A stretch of DNA of 64,000 bases from Candidatus Falkowbacteria bacterium. Its GTDB lineage: Bacteria > Patescibacteriota > Patescibacteriia > Patescibacteriales > WJLG01. A program made the translations under genes and the position numbers. Positions 17,779-27,235 of the stretch are shown one piece after another (the first letter of the stretch is position 1; every line of letters starts with the position of its first letter). The notes below the pieces were generated by a model. That model searched no databases, was not told where the DNA came from, and was given only the letters and a program-made list of their open reading frames with translations. Where the stretch lies: assembly GCA_963747695.1 (NCBI GenBank), contig CAVVFV010000008.1:11592-75591 (forward strand), written 5' to 3'.

Positions 17779-18606
17779 ATGAATAAACGAATAAAAAAAA
17801 TCATCAAGTCAGTGGTGCCGCCGGTGATTTTGGCATTGGTCAAAGACCAGAGCGGCAAATGCAAATATGAGGGGATTTATCACGACTGGCAAGAGGCAAG
17901 AGCGCTGACGACCGGCTATGATGACCGGCAGATCTTGGAAAAAGCCCTGGCGGCAGCCCGGAAAGTGGAAAATGGCGAAGCGGTTTTTGAACGGGATACG
18001 GTTTTATTCGATCAGATCGAATATTCCTGGCCGTTGCTCGCCGCCTTGATGCTGGCCGCCGCCCAAGCTCGTGGCAGATTGAATGTGCTCGATTTCGGCG
18101 GATCGTTCGGGACGACCTTTCGACAGAATAAAAAGTTTTTGGATCGGCTTGAATCGGTAAGTTGGAATATCGTCGAGCAGGCCGAACTGGTCGAGGAAGG
18201 AAGAAAAAAAAACAAAGAGCAGAGGATTAAATTTTGGTCGAATATCGCCGAGTGTTTTGCCGCGCAGCCGATTGATCTGGCGGTTTTATCCGCCTCGCTG
18301 CAATATTTGACCGATCCATACGCTTTACTCAAGGAAATTTTATCACGCCGAGTTGGAATAATCGTGGTTGACCGATTGATCACCAGCGAGCAAGATGATT
18401 TCATAACTATTCAAAAAGTCCCGCCGACGATTTATCCGGCCAGCTATCCGGTTTGGATATTTAATCCGGCCAAGTTAAAGAATTTTTTCCAGGCCGCAGG
18501 CTATGAATTGCTGGAAGAATTCGCCGACCCCGTCAGTGGCGTCATCAGTGCAGGCTGTCAGACGGCCGAGCATCGGGGCTACATTTTTACTTTAGCCAAG
18601 AAATAA
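17779..18606 (+). CDS. Putative SAM-dependent methyltransferase (TIGR04325-like)
   Basis: VLDFGGSFG glycine-rich motif and a GYDD..ILEK N-terminus. The family assignment is from memory only. Confidence 0.5.
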   Translation: MNKRIKKIIKSVVPPVILALVKDQSGKCKYEGIYHDWQEARALTTGYDDRQILEKALAAARKVENGEAVFERDTVLFDQIEYSWPLLAALMLAAAQARGRLNVLDFGGSFGTTFRQNKKFLDRLESVSWNIVEQAELVEEGRKKNKEQRIKFWSNIAECFAAQPIDLAVLSASLQYLTDPYALLKEILSRRVGIIVVDRLITSEQDDFITIQKVPPTIYPASYPVWIFNPAKLKNFFQAAGYELLEEFADPVSGVISAGCQTAEHRGYIFTLAKK

Positions 18607-18608
18607 CT

Positions 18609-19583
18609 ATGAATAATTTTTGTACGCTATTTGATTCATTTTATCTCCTTAAGGGGTTGGCTTTATATAATTCCTTGGCCAAACAGCCGGAACCTTTCCA
18701 TCTCTATATTTTCGCCTTTGACGACCGCTGTCATGATATTTTGACCAAGTTAAAATTGACGTATGCCACCGTCATTCCGTTAAGCGACCTGGAAGACGAG
18801 CGCCTGAAAGCGGTGAAATCCGGCCGCAGCAAAGGCGAGTACTGTTGGACGGCCACGACTTCCGCGATCTTGTATTGCCTGGATAAATTTAATTTGGAAA
18901 GATGCACTTATATTGACGCCGATCTTTTTTTCTTTAATTCGCCGCAAATCGCTCTGCGCGAAATCGGCGATAAATCGGTTTTGATGACAGAACATCATTA
19001 TTCCCCCGAGTATGATCAATCGGCTTTGAGCGGGAAATATTGCGTCCAGTTCATGACGTTAAAGAACGATGCGGCCGGATTGAAAATTTTGAATTGGTGG
19101 AAGGATCGGGTGATCGAATGGTGTTTCAGCCGCCGAGAAGGCGATAAGTTCGGCGATCAGAAATATTTGGATGATTGGACAACCAGGTTTGCCGGCCTGG
19201 TAGCTGAGTCTAAATATTGGGGCGCGGGCGTCGCCCCTTGGAACACGCAGCGGTTTGAATTTTTCAAGCAGGACGGTATCATCAAGGTGCGGGAAAACGG
19301 AATAGCGTATAATCTGGTTTTTTTTCACTTTCACGATTCACAATTATATTTTTTTCTGAATAAATTAAGAATATTCCCGGGCAGTTATATTTTTAATCCT
19401 AATCCGCTGGTTAAAGAAATTTACGCCGCCTATGAAAAAGCGATTAACGAATCGTGGCAGATGGTAAAGTCGGCCGATCCGGATTTTCGCGTCGGGACTT
19501 TTTCCTGGAATCATATTTTAGAGGTGAAAGTCAGAAAGATTATTTTTCGGTTAAAACGAAAAATAAAGAATTTAAGTAAATAA
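18609..19583 (+). CDS. Putative GT-A fold glycosyltransferase
   Basis: YIDADLFFF (DxD) in a nucleotide-diphospho-sugar transferase-like context. Confidence 0.5.
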   Translation: MNNFCTLFDSFYLLKGLALYNSLAKQPEPFHLYIFAFDDRCHDILTKLKLTYATVIPLSDLEDERLKAVKSGRSKGEYCWTATTSAILYCLDKFNLERCTYIDADLFFFNSPQIALREIGDKSVLMTEHHYSPEYDQSALSGKYCVQFMTLKNDAAGLKILNWWKDRVIEWCFSRREGDKFGDQKYLDDWTTRFAGLVAESKYWGAGVAPWNTQRFEFFKQDGIIKVRENGIAYNLVFFHFHDSQLYFFLNKLRIFPGSYIFNPNPLVKEIYAAYEKAINESWQMVKSADPDFRVGTFSWNHILEVKVRKIIFRLKRKIKNLSK

Positions 19584-19592
19584 TTTAAAAAT

Positions 19593-20024
19593 ATGAATAA
19601 GAAAAAAATCAGGGTTAAAAATTCCGGATTCGTAAAATTGCAGAATTTTAACGATTTTCCCGACGGATCGCTGGGAATCGCCGAAGCCAAGAGAAATATT
19701 CCGATCGACATCAAAAGAGTCTATTTCATCAATAAGCTGTTTAATCAAAAATCGAAGCGCGGCCACCATGCCCACAAAAAATTGGAACAGATAATTTTTT
19801 GCGTCAACGGCAGCTTCAAAATAAAATTGGACGATGGCGCCGAACAACAGACGATTTTGCTGAATGATCCGACGGTCGGTATAATTTTGGGTAATAAACT
19901 ATGGCACGAAATGTCCAGCTTCACGTCAGATTGCGTGATTCTGGTCTTAGCTAATGATTATTTTGATGAAAAGGACTATCTGCGCAGTTACGACGAATTC
20001 TTAAAATACATTAGGAGAAAATAA
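19593..20024 (+). CDS. WxcM/FdtA-like sugar 3,4-ketoisomerase (cupin)
   Basis: WHEMSSFTSDCVILVLANDYFDEKDY is typical of the WxcM-like domain. Size is 143 aa. Confidence 0.7.
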   Translation: MNKKKIRVKNSGFVKLQNFNDFPDGSLGIAEAKRNIPIDIKRVYFINKLFNQKSKRGHHAHKKLEQIIFCVNGSFKIKLDDGAEQQTILLNDPTVGIILGNKLWHEMSSFTSDCVILVLANDYFDEKDYLRSYDEFLKYIRRK

Positions 20025-20027
20025 TTT

Positions 20028-21113
20028 ATGGAAGTTCCATTTTTTGACTATCGGCGTGAATTAAAAAAAATTAAACCAACGATCCTGAAAGCGGTGGACA
20101 AGGTTTTGTTGTCTGGAAATTTAATCATTGGCGACGAGGTCAGTAAATTTGAAACAGCCTTCGCGGGTACAGCCGGGGTTAAATTCGGGATCGGGGTGAA
20201 TTCCGGAACTGATGCTTTGAAAATCTCCTTAAGAGCCGTGGGTATCGCGGAAGGAGACGAAGTTATTACGGCAGCTAATACGGCCAGTCCGACAGTCAGC
20301 GCCATCAAGGAATTAATGGCCAAACCGGTCTTGGCTGATGTCGGCGAGGATTTCCTCGTAGACGTCGAAGAGATTGAGAAGAAGATCACGCCGAGAACCA
20401 AAGCGATCGTGCCAGTCCATCTTTACGGCCAGGTTTGCGCCATGGAAGCGATAATGGCGATCGCCCGGAAACATGGATTGAAGGTGGTGGAGGATTGCGC
20501 TCAGGCCCATGGGGCGTCTCGCCAAGGCAAGCCGGCCGGTAGTTTTGGCGATGCGGCCTGTTTCAGCTTTTATCCGACAAAAAATTTGGGCGCTTACGGC
20601 GATGCCGGACTGATCGTTACCGATGATCCGCAAATTGCCCAAGCCTGCAAGAGCTTAAGGAAGTATGGCATGGAAGATCAATATCTCTCGCTGCGCGACG
20701 GCTATAACAGCCGGTTGGACGAGATTCAAGCCGGAATTTTGAACGTTAAAATCAAATATCTGGCGGAAAATAATAAAAAGCGCGCGGCGACCGCCCAAAG
20801 ATATCTGGCTGAAATAACCAATCAGAAAATAATTTTGCCCAAGGTCAACGAGCAAGCCGTCCCGGTGTGGCATCAATTCGTGGTCAGAGTCGGGAAACGG
20901 GCGGAGTTTTTGGGATATCTTCGTAAAAATAAAATTGGTTTTGGCATTCATTATCCTTATCCGATCCATTTGCAGCCGGCTTTTTCCCAATTGGCTGCGG
21001 GTGATTTGCTCCGCGCGGAAAAATTCGCGCTCGAGATCGTTTCCTTGCCGATTTTCCCCGATTTGGAAAAAAAGGAAATTGATTATATAATTGAAACAAT
21101 CAATCGCTTCTAA
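20028..21113 (+). CDS. DegT/DnrJ/EryC1-family sugar aminotransferase
   Basis: [16 protein letters not shown] (PLP lysine) and HLYG motifs. Confidence 0.85.
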   Translation: MEVPFFDYRRELKKIKPTILKAVDKVLLSGNLIIGDEVSKFETAFAGTAGVKFGIGVNSGTDALKISLRAVGIAEGDEVITAANTASPTVSAIKELMAKPVLADVGEDFLVDVEEIEKKITPRTKAIVPVHLYGQVCAMEAIMAIARKHGLKVVEDCAQAHGASRQGKPAGSFGDAACFSFYPTKNLGAYGDAGLIVTDDPQIAQACKSLRKYGMEDQYLSLRDGYNSRLDEIQAGILNVKIKYLAENNKKRAATAQRYLAEITNQKIILPKVNEQAVPVWHQFVVRVGKRAEFLGYLRKNKIGFGIHYPYPIHLQPAFSQLAAGDLLRAEKFALEIVSLPIFPDLEKKEIDYIIETINRF

Positions 21114-21120
21114 CGAAAAA

Positions 21121-21151
21121 AATCAGCCGGAATTATCCGGCTGATTTTTTT
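21121..21151. terminator. Bidirectional terminator between convergent genes
   Basis: AATCAGCCGGA-ATTA-TCCGGCTGATT is flanked by an A run and a T run. Confidence 0.75.
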
Positions 21152-21215
21152 GTTTGTAAGTTTAAACTAAATATTGGCTATTCAACCGGCAGTTTAGAAA
21201 AGAATATTATCGGCG

Positions 21216-22139
21216 CTAGGAAAAAATTTTCTTGAGACGCTTTGACCACTTCGATTGCCAGCAAGTTTGTGCTTTGAGGAAATCAATGATCGTCCGGCGG
21301 GCCGCCTGATTTTCTGTCACGGCAATTTTTTTAACTTCGATTTTGATATTTTCCACTGAACCGGTCTGGTCGAAATTATTTTCCTCGCCGCAGTGCGTGC
21401 CGCTGCCGCTGAAACCGATGTTTTTAATTAATGATTTTCCAGGATAGAGGGTGAATTTATTTTTTAAAAAAGCCGAGGCATACCAACGGATCGCCCAGGA
21501 ATCATTCTTTTTTTCGATCTGGTCGAGGAGCATCTGCGTGTAAGGGTAAGAACCGGAGAAGTCGAATTCGCCGGTCAGTTTTTTATCTTTCAACTCTTGC
21601 AATAATTTCCGGCCGTCGGCTTGAAACAGATTCCAGCCGCGCTTCCAAGTTGCCCAGCCCCAGCAATCGGCACCCCGAAGAAAAAAAGTTTCCGGCAAAG
21701 GTTTTTTGGTCGGATAGACGTAGCCGTGGATGCTCACGATTTGATCCTCGTTTTCATAGAGGTTCAAGCCGTCGTTCATGTACTGTAAAAAAAAGGGCGA
21801 GGTGACCATATCATCTTCCAAAACGATTATCCGGCCGGATTGATCGATTACTTCGCTGACACCGGCAATGATCGAATGAGCTAAGCCGTAATTCTTTTCG
21901 CGCGCCACGATCCTGATGCTTTGGAAACCAGTTACGGTTTTTAAAAATTCTCTGACCGCGTCAACGCCCGCTTTGCTTGAGGCAGAATCCTTGGCGCCAT
22001 CAGAAAAAATGATCAAATCGCTTTGAGCGGCTAGAGTATTCTTTTGCAATGCGGCCATTGTTTCCTTGGTTTCTCCGGGGCGATTATAAACAAAGAGGGC
22101 GATAGGAGCCGGCGGTTTAATTATTTCCATATTTTTCAA
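21216..22139 (-). CDS. Putative GT-A fold glycosyltransferase
   Basis: IALFVYNRP and IIVLEDDM motifs. Confidence 0.55.
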   Translation of the reverse strand: MKNMEIIKPPAPIALFVYNRPGETKETMAALQKNTLAAQSDLIIFSDGAKDSASSKAGVDAVREFLKTVTGFQSIRIVAREKNYGLAHSIIAGVSEVIDQSGRIIVLEDDMVTSPFFLQYMNDGLNLYENEDQIVSIHGYVYPTKKPLPETFFLRGADCWGWATWKRGWNLFQADGRKLLQELKDKKLTGEFDFSGSYPYTQMLLDQIEKKNDSWAIRWYASAFLKNKFTLYPGKSLIKNIGFSGSGTHCGEENNFDQTGSVENIKIEVKKIAVTENQAARRTIIDFLKAQTCWQSKWSKRLKKIFS

Positions 22140-23095
22140 CGATTAAAAGTGATTAACATCTTTTTAAATAGTTCCTTTAACTTCGTATAGGATTCGAACA
22201 AACCGATTTTTTTCAAGAGGCCGATCATTTTTTCTTTACTAAATGTTTGCCAGGCATAAATATTTTTTCCTTCAAAAGCCTCGCGCAAATACCTTTTTTT
22301 CTTGCCTTGCAAGTGTAGTGTGTTGAATTTGATTAAATTGCCCGAAGCATCCTTGCCGAAAGGCTGGTCAAAGCGCCAGAAGATCTTTTTTATCCCCCAG
22401 ATTGACATTTGATAGCTGACGCCGCCTTGGGCTCCCGATGAGATATTATCATCATAGGTTGAACCGTCGATTATGCCGGCCGTTTCGCCGACTTTTGCCG
22501 GGTATTTTTCCCGGTAAAAGCGCAGCAGCGTCATATCGCAAACGCCGCCGGGTTTATTCCGTAACTGATAATTTTTCCAAAATTCGGCCACCTTGGCATA
22601 GCCGGTTTCATCCTTCCGGCTGTAAACGTCCGTCAGAAAATCGCAAAAGTCATCCAAAGCTTCTTGGCTATTCCAGAAAGAATTATGGCCCGCCGAGCCT
22701 TCCGACAAAGTAAAAGAATAATTGGAGAATTTCGGCCACTCCTTAGCCAGGTCGGTAAAGATCAAGACGTCGGAATCGGCATGGAAAAAATCGGCTATAT
22801 CATTTTTTTTTACAAATTCGTTGATGATCAGCCACCGCTGCAGGCAAAAAATTTCAAAGGCCAAAGGATTAGAAGAGAAATGCTGATAGACCAAAGAGAA
22901 TTTTTCAGCCGCAGCGGAATAATCGCTGATTTTATACTGTTTGATCGAATCAAAAGGTCCGTTGCTGCCGTCATCGAGCAAAAATATATTTGCCGCCGGA
23001 TTCGAACGGCGCGCGGCAGCCAAGGCCAAGCGCAAATAATCGGCTTGACCTTGATGGATGAAGATGATGTTGATCGGCTGATCGGACACCGGCAT
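22136..23095 (-). CDS. Hypothetical protein, possible glycosyltransferase
   Basis: It overlaps its neighbour by 4 nt. FHADSDVLIF is DxD-like. I recognise no family. Confidence 0.4.
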   Translation of the reverse strand: MPVSDQPINIIFIHQGQADYLRLALAAARRSNPAANIFLLDDGSNGPFDSIKQYKISDYSAAAEKFSLVYQHFSSNPLAFEIFCLQRWLIINEFVKKNDIADFFHADSDVLIFTDLAKEWPKFSNYSFTLSEGSAGHNSFWNSQEALDDFCDFLTDVYSRKDETGYAKVAEFWKNYQLRNKPGGVCDMTLLRFYREKYPAKVGETAGIIDGSTYDDNISSGAQGGVSYQMSIWGIKKIFWRFDQPFGKDASGNLIKFNTLHLQGKKKRYLREAFEGKNIYAWQTFSKEKMIGLLKKIGLFESYTKLKELFKKMLITFNR

Positions 23096-23145
23096 AATTT
23101 TTTACTATGGAAATTAATCGAGGATATGCCAAAATTAATAAAATA

Positions 23146-24072
23146 TTAAACAAAGGTAAAATTTTTCTGGTTAAGATAATAATTCCAATCGATCGATTCC
23201 TTGGAAAAGATTATCAGCGGGACATCGGCATAATAGGCGGCAAAAGCTCCGAAGGTGCTGTTGGTTCCGATGATTAAGTCGGTTTGGGCTAAAGTGAATA
23301 AATCATCCAAGATTTTTCCCGAACTAAAAAAGAAATTCAGGCCGGCAAATATCTCCGGTGCGATCTTTTCATCCGAAGCGATAATAAAGCAGGCATCAGA
23401 CAGGCCGGTTTGAGCACTGAAATCCTTAAGGATCATGGCGACGCTTTCGGGGGTGAAATAATATGCGCCATTCTGAAAAGTTCGATAATCATTTTGGCGG
23501 ATATGGACGCCGACGATCTTGCCATATTTTTTTCGAGCTTCGTTCACCAATTTTTGACCCGCCACCCGTATATTCGGCCGGGGTGAAAAAAATCTTCTGA
23601 CCTGCTCGTGATAACGAATCAGGCCGTCCGGATTGCGAAAGGCATATCCGGAAAAAATGATATCGTCCGGGGCGGCTTCCGCGACCCGCAGTCTTTCTTT
23701 TTGCTGCTGATCAGTATTTTTTGACGGCGGTAAAAAGAAAGTCTCGGTAAAACTGCCGCCGTTGTCGCTCGGTTGTATTGCACGAGCCAATTTTTTGCGG
23801 CCGAATCTGAGCCGTAAATACAAATTATAAAGCCGGCTGATCGAAAAGCGTTTTTTGGGGAAATGCTGGAATAGTCGGCCGAAGAATAATCGGGGCAGTA
23901 AGCCGGTCCGGCAAGCCGGGAAATATCGCACATATTGGTAAAAAGCCGGATTGGCGCAGCCATAACCTTTTTCCAGACAATAGGCGTAAACGGCGGCGTA
24001 ATTCCATAATTGGTTGCCTAATTGGCCGTTATGATTGATGATGATTACTTTTTTGTCAGCCATTTTTTGCAA
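23146..24072 (-). CDS. Putative GT11-like (fucosyltransferase-like) glycosyltransferase
   Basis: The N-terminal GQLGNQLWNYAAVYAYC resembles the GT11 GGLGNQMFQYA motif. gmd and fcl lie in the same locus. Confidence 0.5.
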   Translation of the reverse strand: MQKMADKKVIIINHNGQLGNQLWNYAAVYAYCLEKGYGCANPAFYQYVRYFPACRTGLLPRLFFGRLFQHFPKKRFSISRLYNLYLRLRFGRKKLARAIQPSDNGGSFTETFFLPPSKNTDQQQKERLRVAEAAPDDIIFSGYAFRNPDGLIRYHEQVRRFFSPRPNIRVAGQKLVNEARKKYGKIVGVHIRQNDYRTFQNGAYYFTPESVAMILKDFSAQTGLSDACFIIASDEKIAPEIFAGLNFFFSSGKILDDLFTLAQTDLIIGTNSTFGAFAAYYADVPLIIFSKESIDWNYYLNQKNFTFV

Positions 24073-24800
24073 AAGTAAATTTTTTGTTTGATTCCACTTT
24101 TACGCCAGACAAATTCTAAAAAATTTTCCGCCTTCCTTTTATCAAGTTCAAGTTTTACCCCTTCTTTCCGGCAGAAGCGGAGCGCATCAAAGACGTATTT
24201 TCCTTTGACGATGGCTGTGCAAAAATAATCGATTATCGGCGCGCGGAAAGAAAGGAATGGCCGGTCAATCCGACGCGACCGCTCCAGTCCGCCGCCGGTT
24301 TCAAAATCCCAGCCGGTCTCTCCGTCTTTAAGGAGCGCTAATAATATCAGCCGATCCCAAATCGCAGTCTGGGTGCAATTGCGATAAGCCGCGTCCCGGC
24401 TGATCGTCCCGATTTCCTGATTGTTATCAAGAGGCTGATCCGGGCCGGGGCAAGGGTAGAGCCGCAGATAAGCCGCCTTAGTTTCGGCCATCACGCGGAG
24501 AGCCGCTTCGAGCTGACTATTGTCGACTTTTTTCCTTAAAAAATAATCTTCCTGAAAATAAATAATATAATCGCCGCTGATATTCTTTAAAGCGACCATC
24601 AAATTGCTGGCCCAGCCGCGATCAGGACTGGCCTTAAAAGTCGTCACTCGCGGATCGTTAAAGGTTTTGTCGTTGCCGATTAGAATTATTCGGAAAGGAC
24701 AATCCGGCCAGTAGCGGAAAAAAAAAGTAAAAAAAGGGCCCCAGGAATCGGCATAGGCATCGCAGGAGGAAATGACAACGGCGCAATTATTTTTTTCCAT
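24045..24800 (-). CDS. Hypothetical polysaccharide-locus protein
   Basis: I prefer the ATG at 24800 (MEKNNCAVVISSCDAY) because it removes the overlap with the upstream gene. Confidence 0.45.
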   Translation of the reverse strand: MEKNNCAVVISSCDAYADSWGPFFTFFFRYWPDCPFRIILIGNDKTFNDPRVTTFKASPDRGWASNLMVALKNISGDYIIYFQEDYFLRKKVDNSQLEAALRVMAETKAAYLRLYPCPGPDQPLDNNQEIGTISRDAAYRNCTQTAIWDRLILLALLKDGETGWDFETGGGLERSRRIDRPFLSFRAPIIDYFCTAIVKGKYVFDALRFCRKEGVKLELDKRKAENFLEFVWRKSGIKQKIYFCKKWLTKK

Positions 24801-24819
24801 ATTGGCGCGGATGATATTA

Positions 24820-25572
24820 TTATTTTTTTGCCTGGATAAAAGCGATGGCATACCAGAGATCCTTGATCATGTCGGTCTGGGCGGCTTCCGCCTCGTTGGT
24901 GGCGAGCCATAATTGGAATTGAGGAAAATACTTCTTATATTCGATCTTGACTGACGAAAAATTTTTGAACAGCCCGCTGATCCGCTCTTTATTATAAAGT
25001 TTGTTGATCGGCAAAACGTCTCTGACTCCATACGGAACAGTAACCAGTAAAGTGCCAGACGGTTTGAGAATTCTGGTCATTTCGTTGACTGCTTTTACGT
25101 CGCCTTGCGGATCGTCATCGCTGCCGTAACGGCCGGCCACGCCGATATGTTCCAAAGTTGAGACGCAGGAAACGACGTCGAAATAGTTATCGGCATAAGC
25201 GGTTTTTCTAATATCGCCGACGGTAAATTTTACAGCTTCGCTTTTAATCGACTTGCTATTCAGATCAAGGCTATGAATCTCGATCGTTTTGGGCAGGAAG
25301 TCATAAAGCAGATTGCTGGCCGTCGAGCCGACATCCAAAAGCTTGCCGCTCGAAATCTTGATGTTCTCCAGGAGCCAGGGATATTCCAAAGTCCGGTCGG
25401 AATTCGGCGGTTGCTGAAACAGGACTTTGGCCAATAAGCGGCAGTCCGAGAATTTTTGACATTCGTCTTGCTCTAAATAAAATAACGGCGCGTTGATAAA
25501 GTAGATCGCTTTTCTGAAAAATTTAATGGTTAAATTAAATAATCTTTTAAGTTTTCGTAAAATTAATTTCAT
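24820..25572 (-). CDS. Class I SAM-dependent methyltransferase
   Basis: LLDVGS motif. LEHIGVAGRYGSDDDPQGD...LKPSGTLLVTVP is paralogous to the gene at 30676-31449. Confidence 0.7.
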   Translation of the reverse strand: MKLILRKLKRLFNLTIKFFRKAIYFINAPLFYLEQDECQKFSDCRLLAKVLFQQPPNSDRTLEYPWLLENIKISSGKLLDVGSTASNLLYDFLPKTIEIHSLDLNSKSIKSEAVKFTVGDIRKTAYADNYFDVVSCVSTLEHIGVAGRYGSDDDPQGDVKAVNEMTRILKPSGTLLVTVPYGVRDVLPINKLYNKERISGLFKNFSSVKIEYKKYFPQFQLWLATNEAEAAQTDMIKDLWYAIAFIQAKK

Positions 25573-25603
25573 AGAATGATTGATCTTCCTAATTAAGAAA
25601 TAG

Positions 25604-26461
25604 TTATTTAATTAAGCGTGTCCGGGGGTTGGCGATAATATTTAACAGAGAAAAAAACGGCCGAGTGATTGATTTATTAAACAAATTTTTAAATTTTATC
25701 AACAGCACTATTTTCTTTTTTAAGCCGGCGGCAGAGAGGTAATAATCGGCGCTGCCCGTATTTTGCAGGTCGCGGCTGCCGCGCAAGAATGACAAGTTTT
25801 TTTTATCCTCAAGGCTAAAACCGAATTTTTCCTTATGCCGATAGTCATGGTTTTGATGGATAACCTGATATGATCGGCTGATATCGATTACCGGCAGATG
25901 TTCGGCCAGGCTGTGGGCGATCAGCCAGTTATCCCAACCGATCCGGCCGACGGCAAAGGCCGGAAGATCAAAAAAAGAATTTTTTCTAAAAATAAAAAAG
26001 TCACTGCCGGCCATCGGGTGCAAAACTCCGCGAATTTTCACGTCGTTATTTATTTTTGTTTCCCATTGCTGATCGGAAAAATCGAGCAAACCCTCAACCT
26101 CCAGATCCCGGCGCCGGCCGACAGCCAAAAATTCTTTGCTTGGCAAGAATTTTAATATTTTTAGCAATTCACCGGTTAAAATAATATCCGCATTGAGATA
26201 CATTAAAATATCGTTCTTGGCCTTTTGCCTGACCAGGCTGAAAGCGGAACTGATCAAAGGCGTGCCATATTCATTGCATTCTACCTGGGCAAGCTGGATA
26301 ATATTGTGTTTTTGGCAAAATTCAGCCACGCCGAAATCATTACCGACCAAAATAACCTCTACTCCATCGCCCAACTTGAGCCAACTTAAAATGGCATTGG
26401 TTTGGATGTCGATGATATGAGAATCTTCAAACGGTTTGGGGATAGAAAAGATAGTGATCAT
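25604..26461 (-). CDS. Hypothetical protein, possible glycosyltransferase
   Basis: It starts MITIFSIPKPF and contains YLNADIILT. It sits in an operon with GT2 and wzt. Confidence 0.4.
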   Translation of the reverse strand: MITIFSIPKPFEDSHIIDIQTNAILSWLKLGDGVEVILVGNDFGVAEFCQKHNIIQLAQVECNEYGTPLISSAFSLVRQKAKNDILMYLNADIILTGELLKILKFLPSKEFLAVGRRRDLEVEGLLDFSDQQWETKINNDVKIRGVLHPMAGSDFFIFRKNSFFDLPAFAVGRIGWDNWLIAHSLAEHLPVIDISRSYQVIHQNHDYRHKEKFGFSLEDKKNLSFLRGSRDLQNTGSADYYLSAAGLKKKIVLLIKFKNLFNKSITRPFFSLLNIIANPRTRLIK

Positions 26462-27231
26462 GTTTTTTTAATATTTTTTTGGTATTCCTTCAGACTCAGC
26501 CATGATTTTTTTTCATAGTCGAGGGAAAGCATAGTCAGCTCCCAGCCATGTTTAAAATCCAAAAAACCGAGTTTGCAGATATAGCAATCGATAAACATAT
26601 CTATCATCGCTAGACGCATTTCTAACGTGGAGAATCTTTTTCCGTCCAGATAGTAGGCCTCCCCCTGATATTTCAGATACCTCTCGTGCTTTTTCTCAAG
26701 TTGCTCTGTCGAATTGGCCCAATAGTGCTTGATGATGAAATTTTTCAGCTTAAGGGCTTTGAAGCCCGGCTTTAAACTTGTACCCTGATGGATGACATCG
26801 GCAAAATTCATCCTGTGGCGGTTAAAAATGCAGGTGCTGCCGGTCGTGCCCCAGCGGCCGAAAATTACCGGGTCGTTAAGATAATAATTCCGCATGGCAA
26901 CGACCACCTCGCCCAAATTATTATTCCGGCTGATCGCTTCCGTGATGGTCGGTAAAGCATCGTTGGGGAAGATCATATCCGGATCGACAAAAACTATCCA
27001 ATCATTTTTGGCTTGAGACGAAGCCCAGGCTCTGATTTTTTCGACATAGGGAACATGGGCATGATAAATTATCCTCGCCCCGTTTGCCTCGGCGATCCGG
27101 ATCGTTTCATCGCTCGAGCCAAGATCTACGATAACGTTTTCGTCGCAGAATTTTAAAGATTTTAAACATTCGTCGAGATGAATGGCTTCATTATAGGTCA
27201 CGGTGACCGATGAAAATTTTACCTTATCCAT
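26458..27231 (-). CDS. Glycosyltransferase family 2
   Basis: SVTVTYNE, VDLGSSD and FVDPD motifs. Confidence 0.75.
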   Translation of the reverse strand: MDKVKFSSVTVTYNEAIHLDECLKSLKFCDENVIVDLGSSDETIRIAEANGARIIYHAHVPYVEKIRAWASSQAKNDWIVFVDPDMIFPNDALPTITEAISRNNNLGEVVVAMRNYYLNDPVIFGRWGTTGSTCIFNRHRMNFADVIHQGTSLKPGFKALKLKNFIIKHYWANSTEQLEKKHERYLKYQGEAYYLDGKRFSTLEMRLAMIDMFIDCYICKLGFLDFKHGWELTMLSLDYEKKSWLSLKEYQKNIKKT

Positions 27232-27235
27232 AAAT

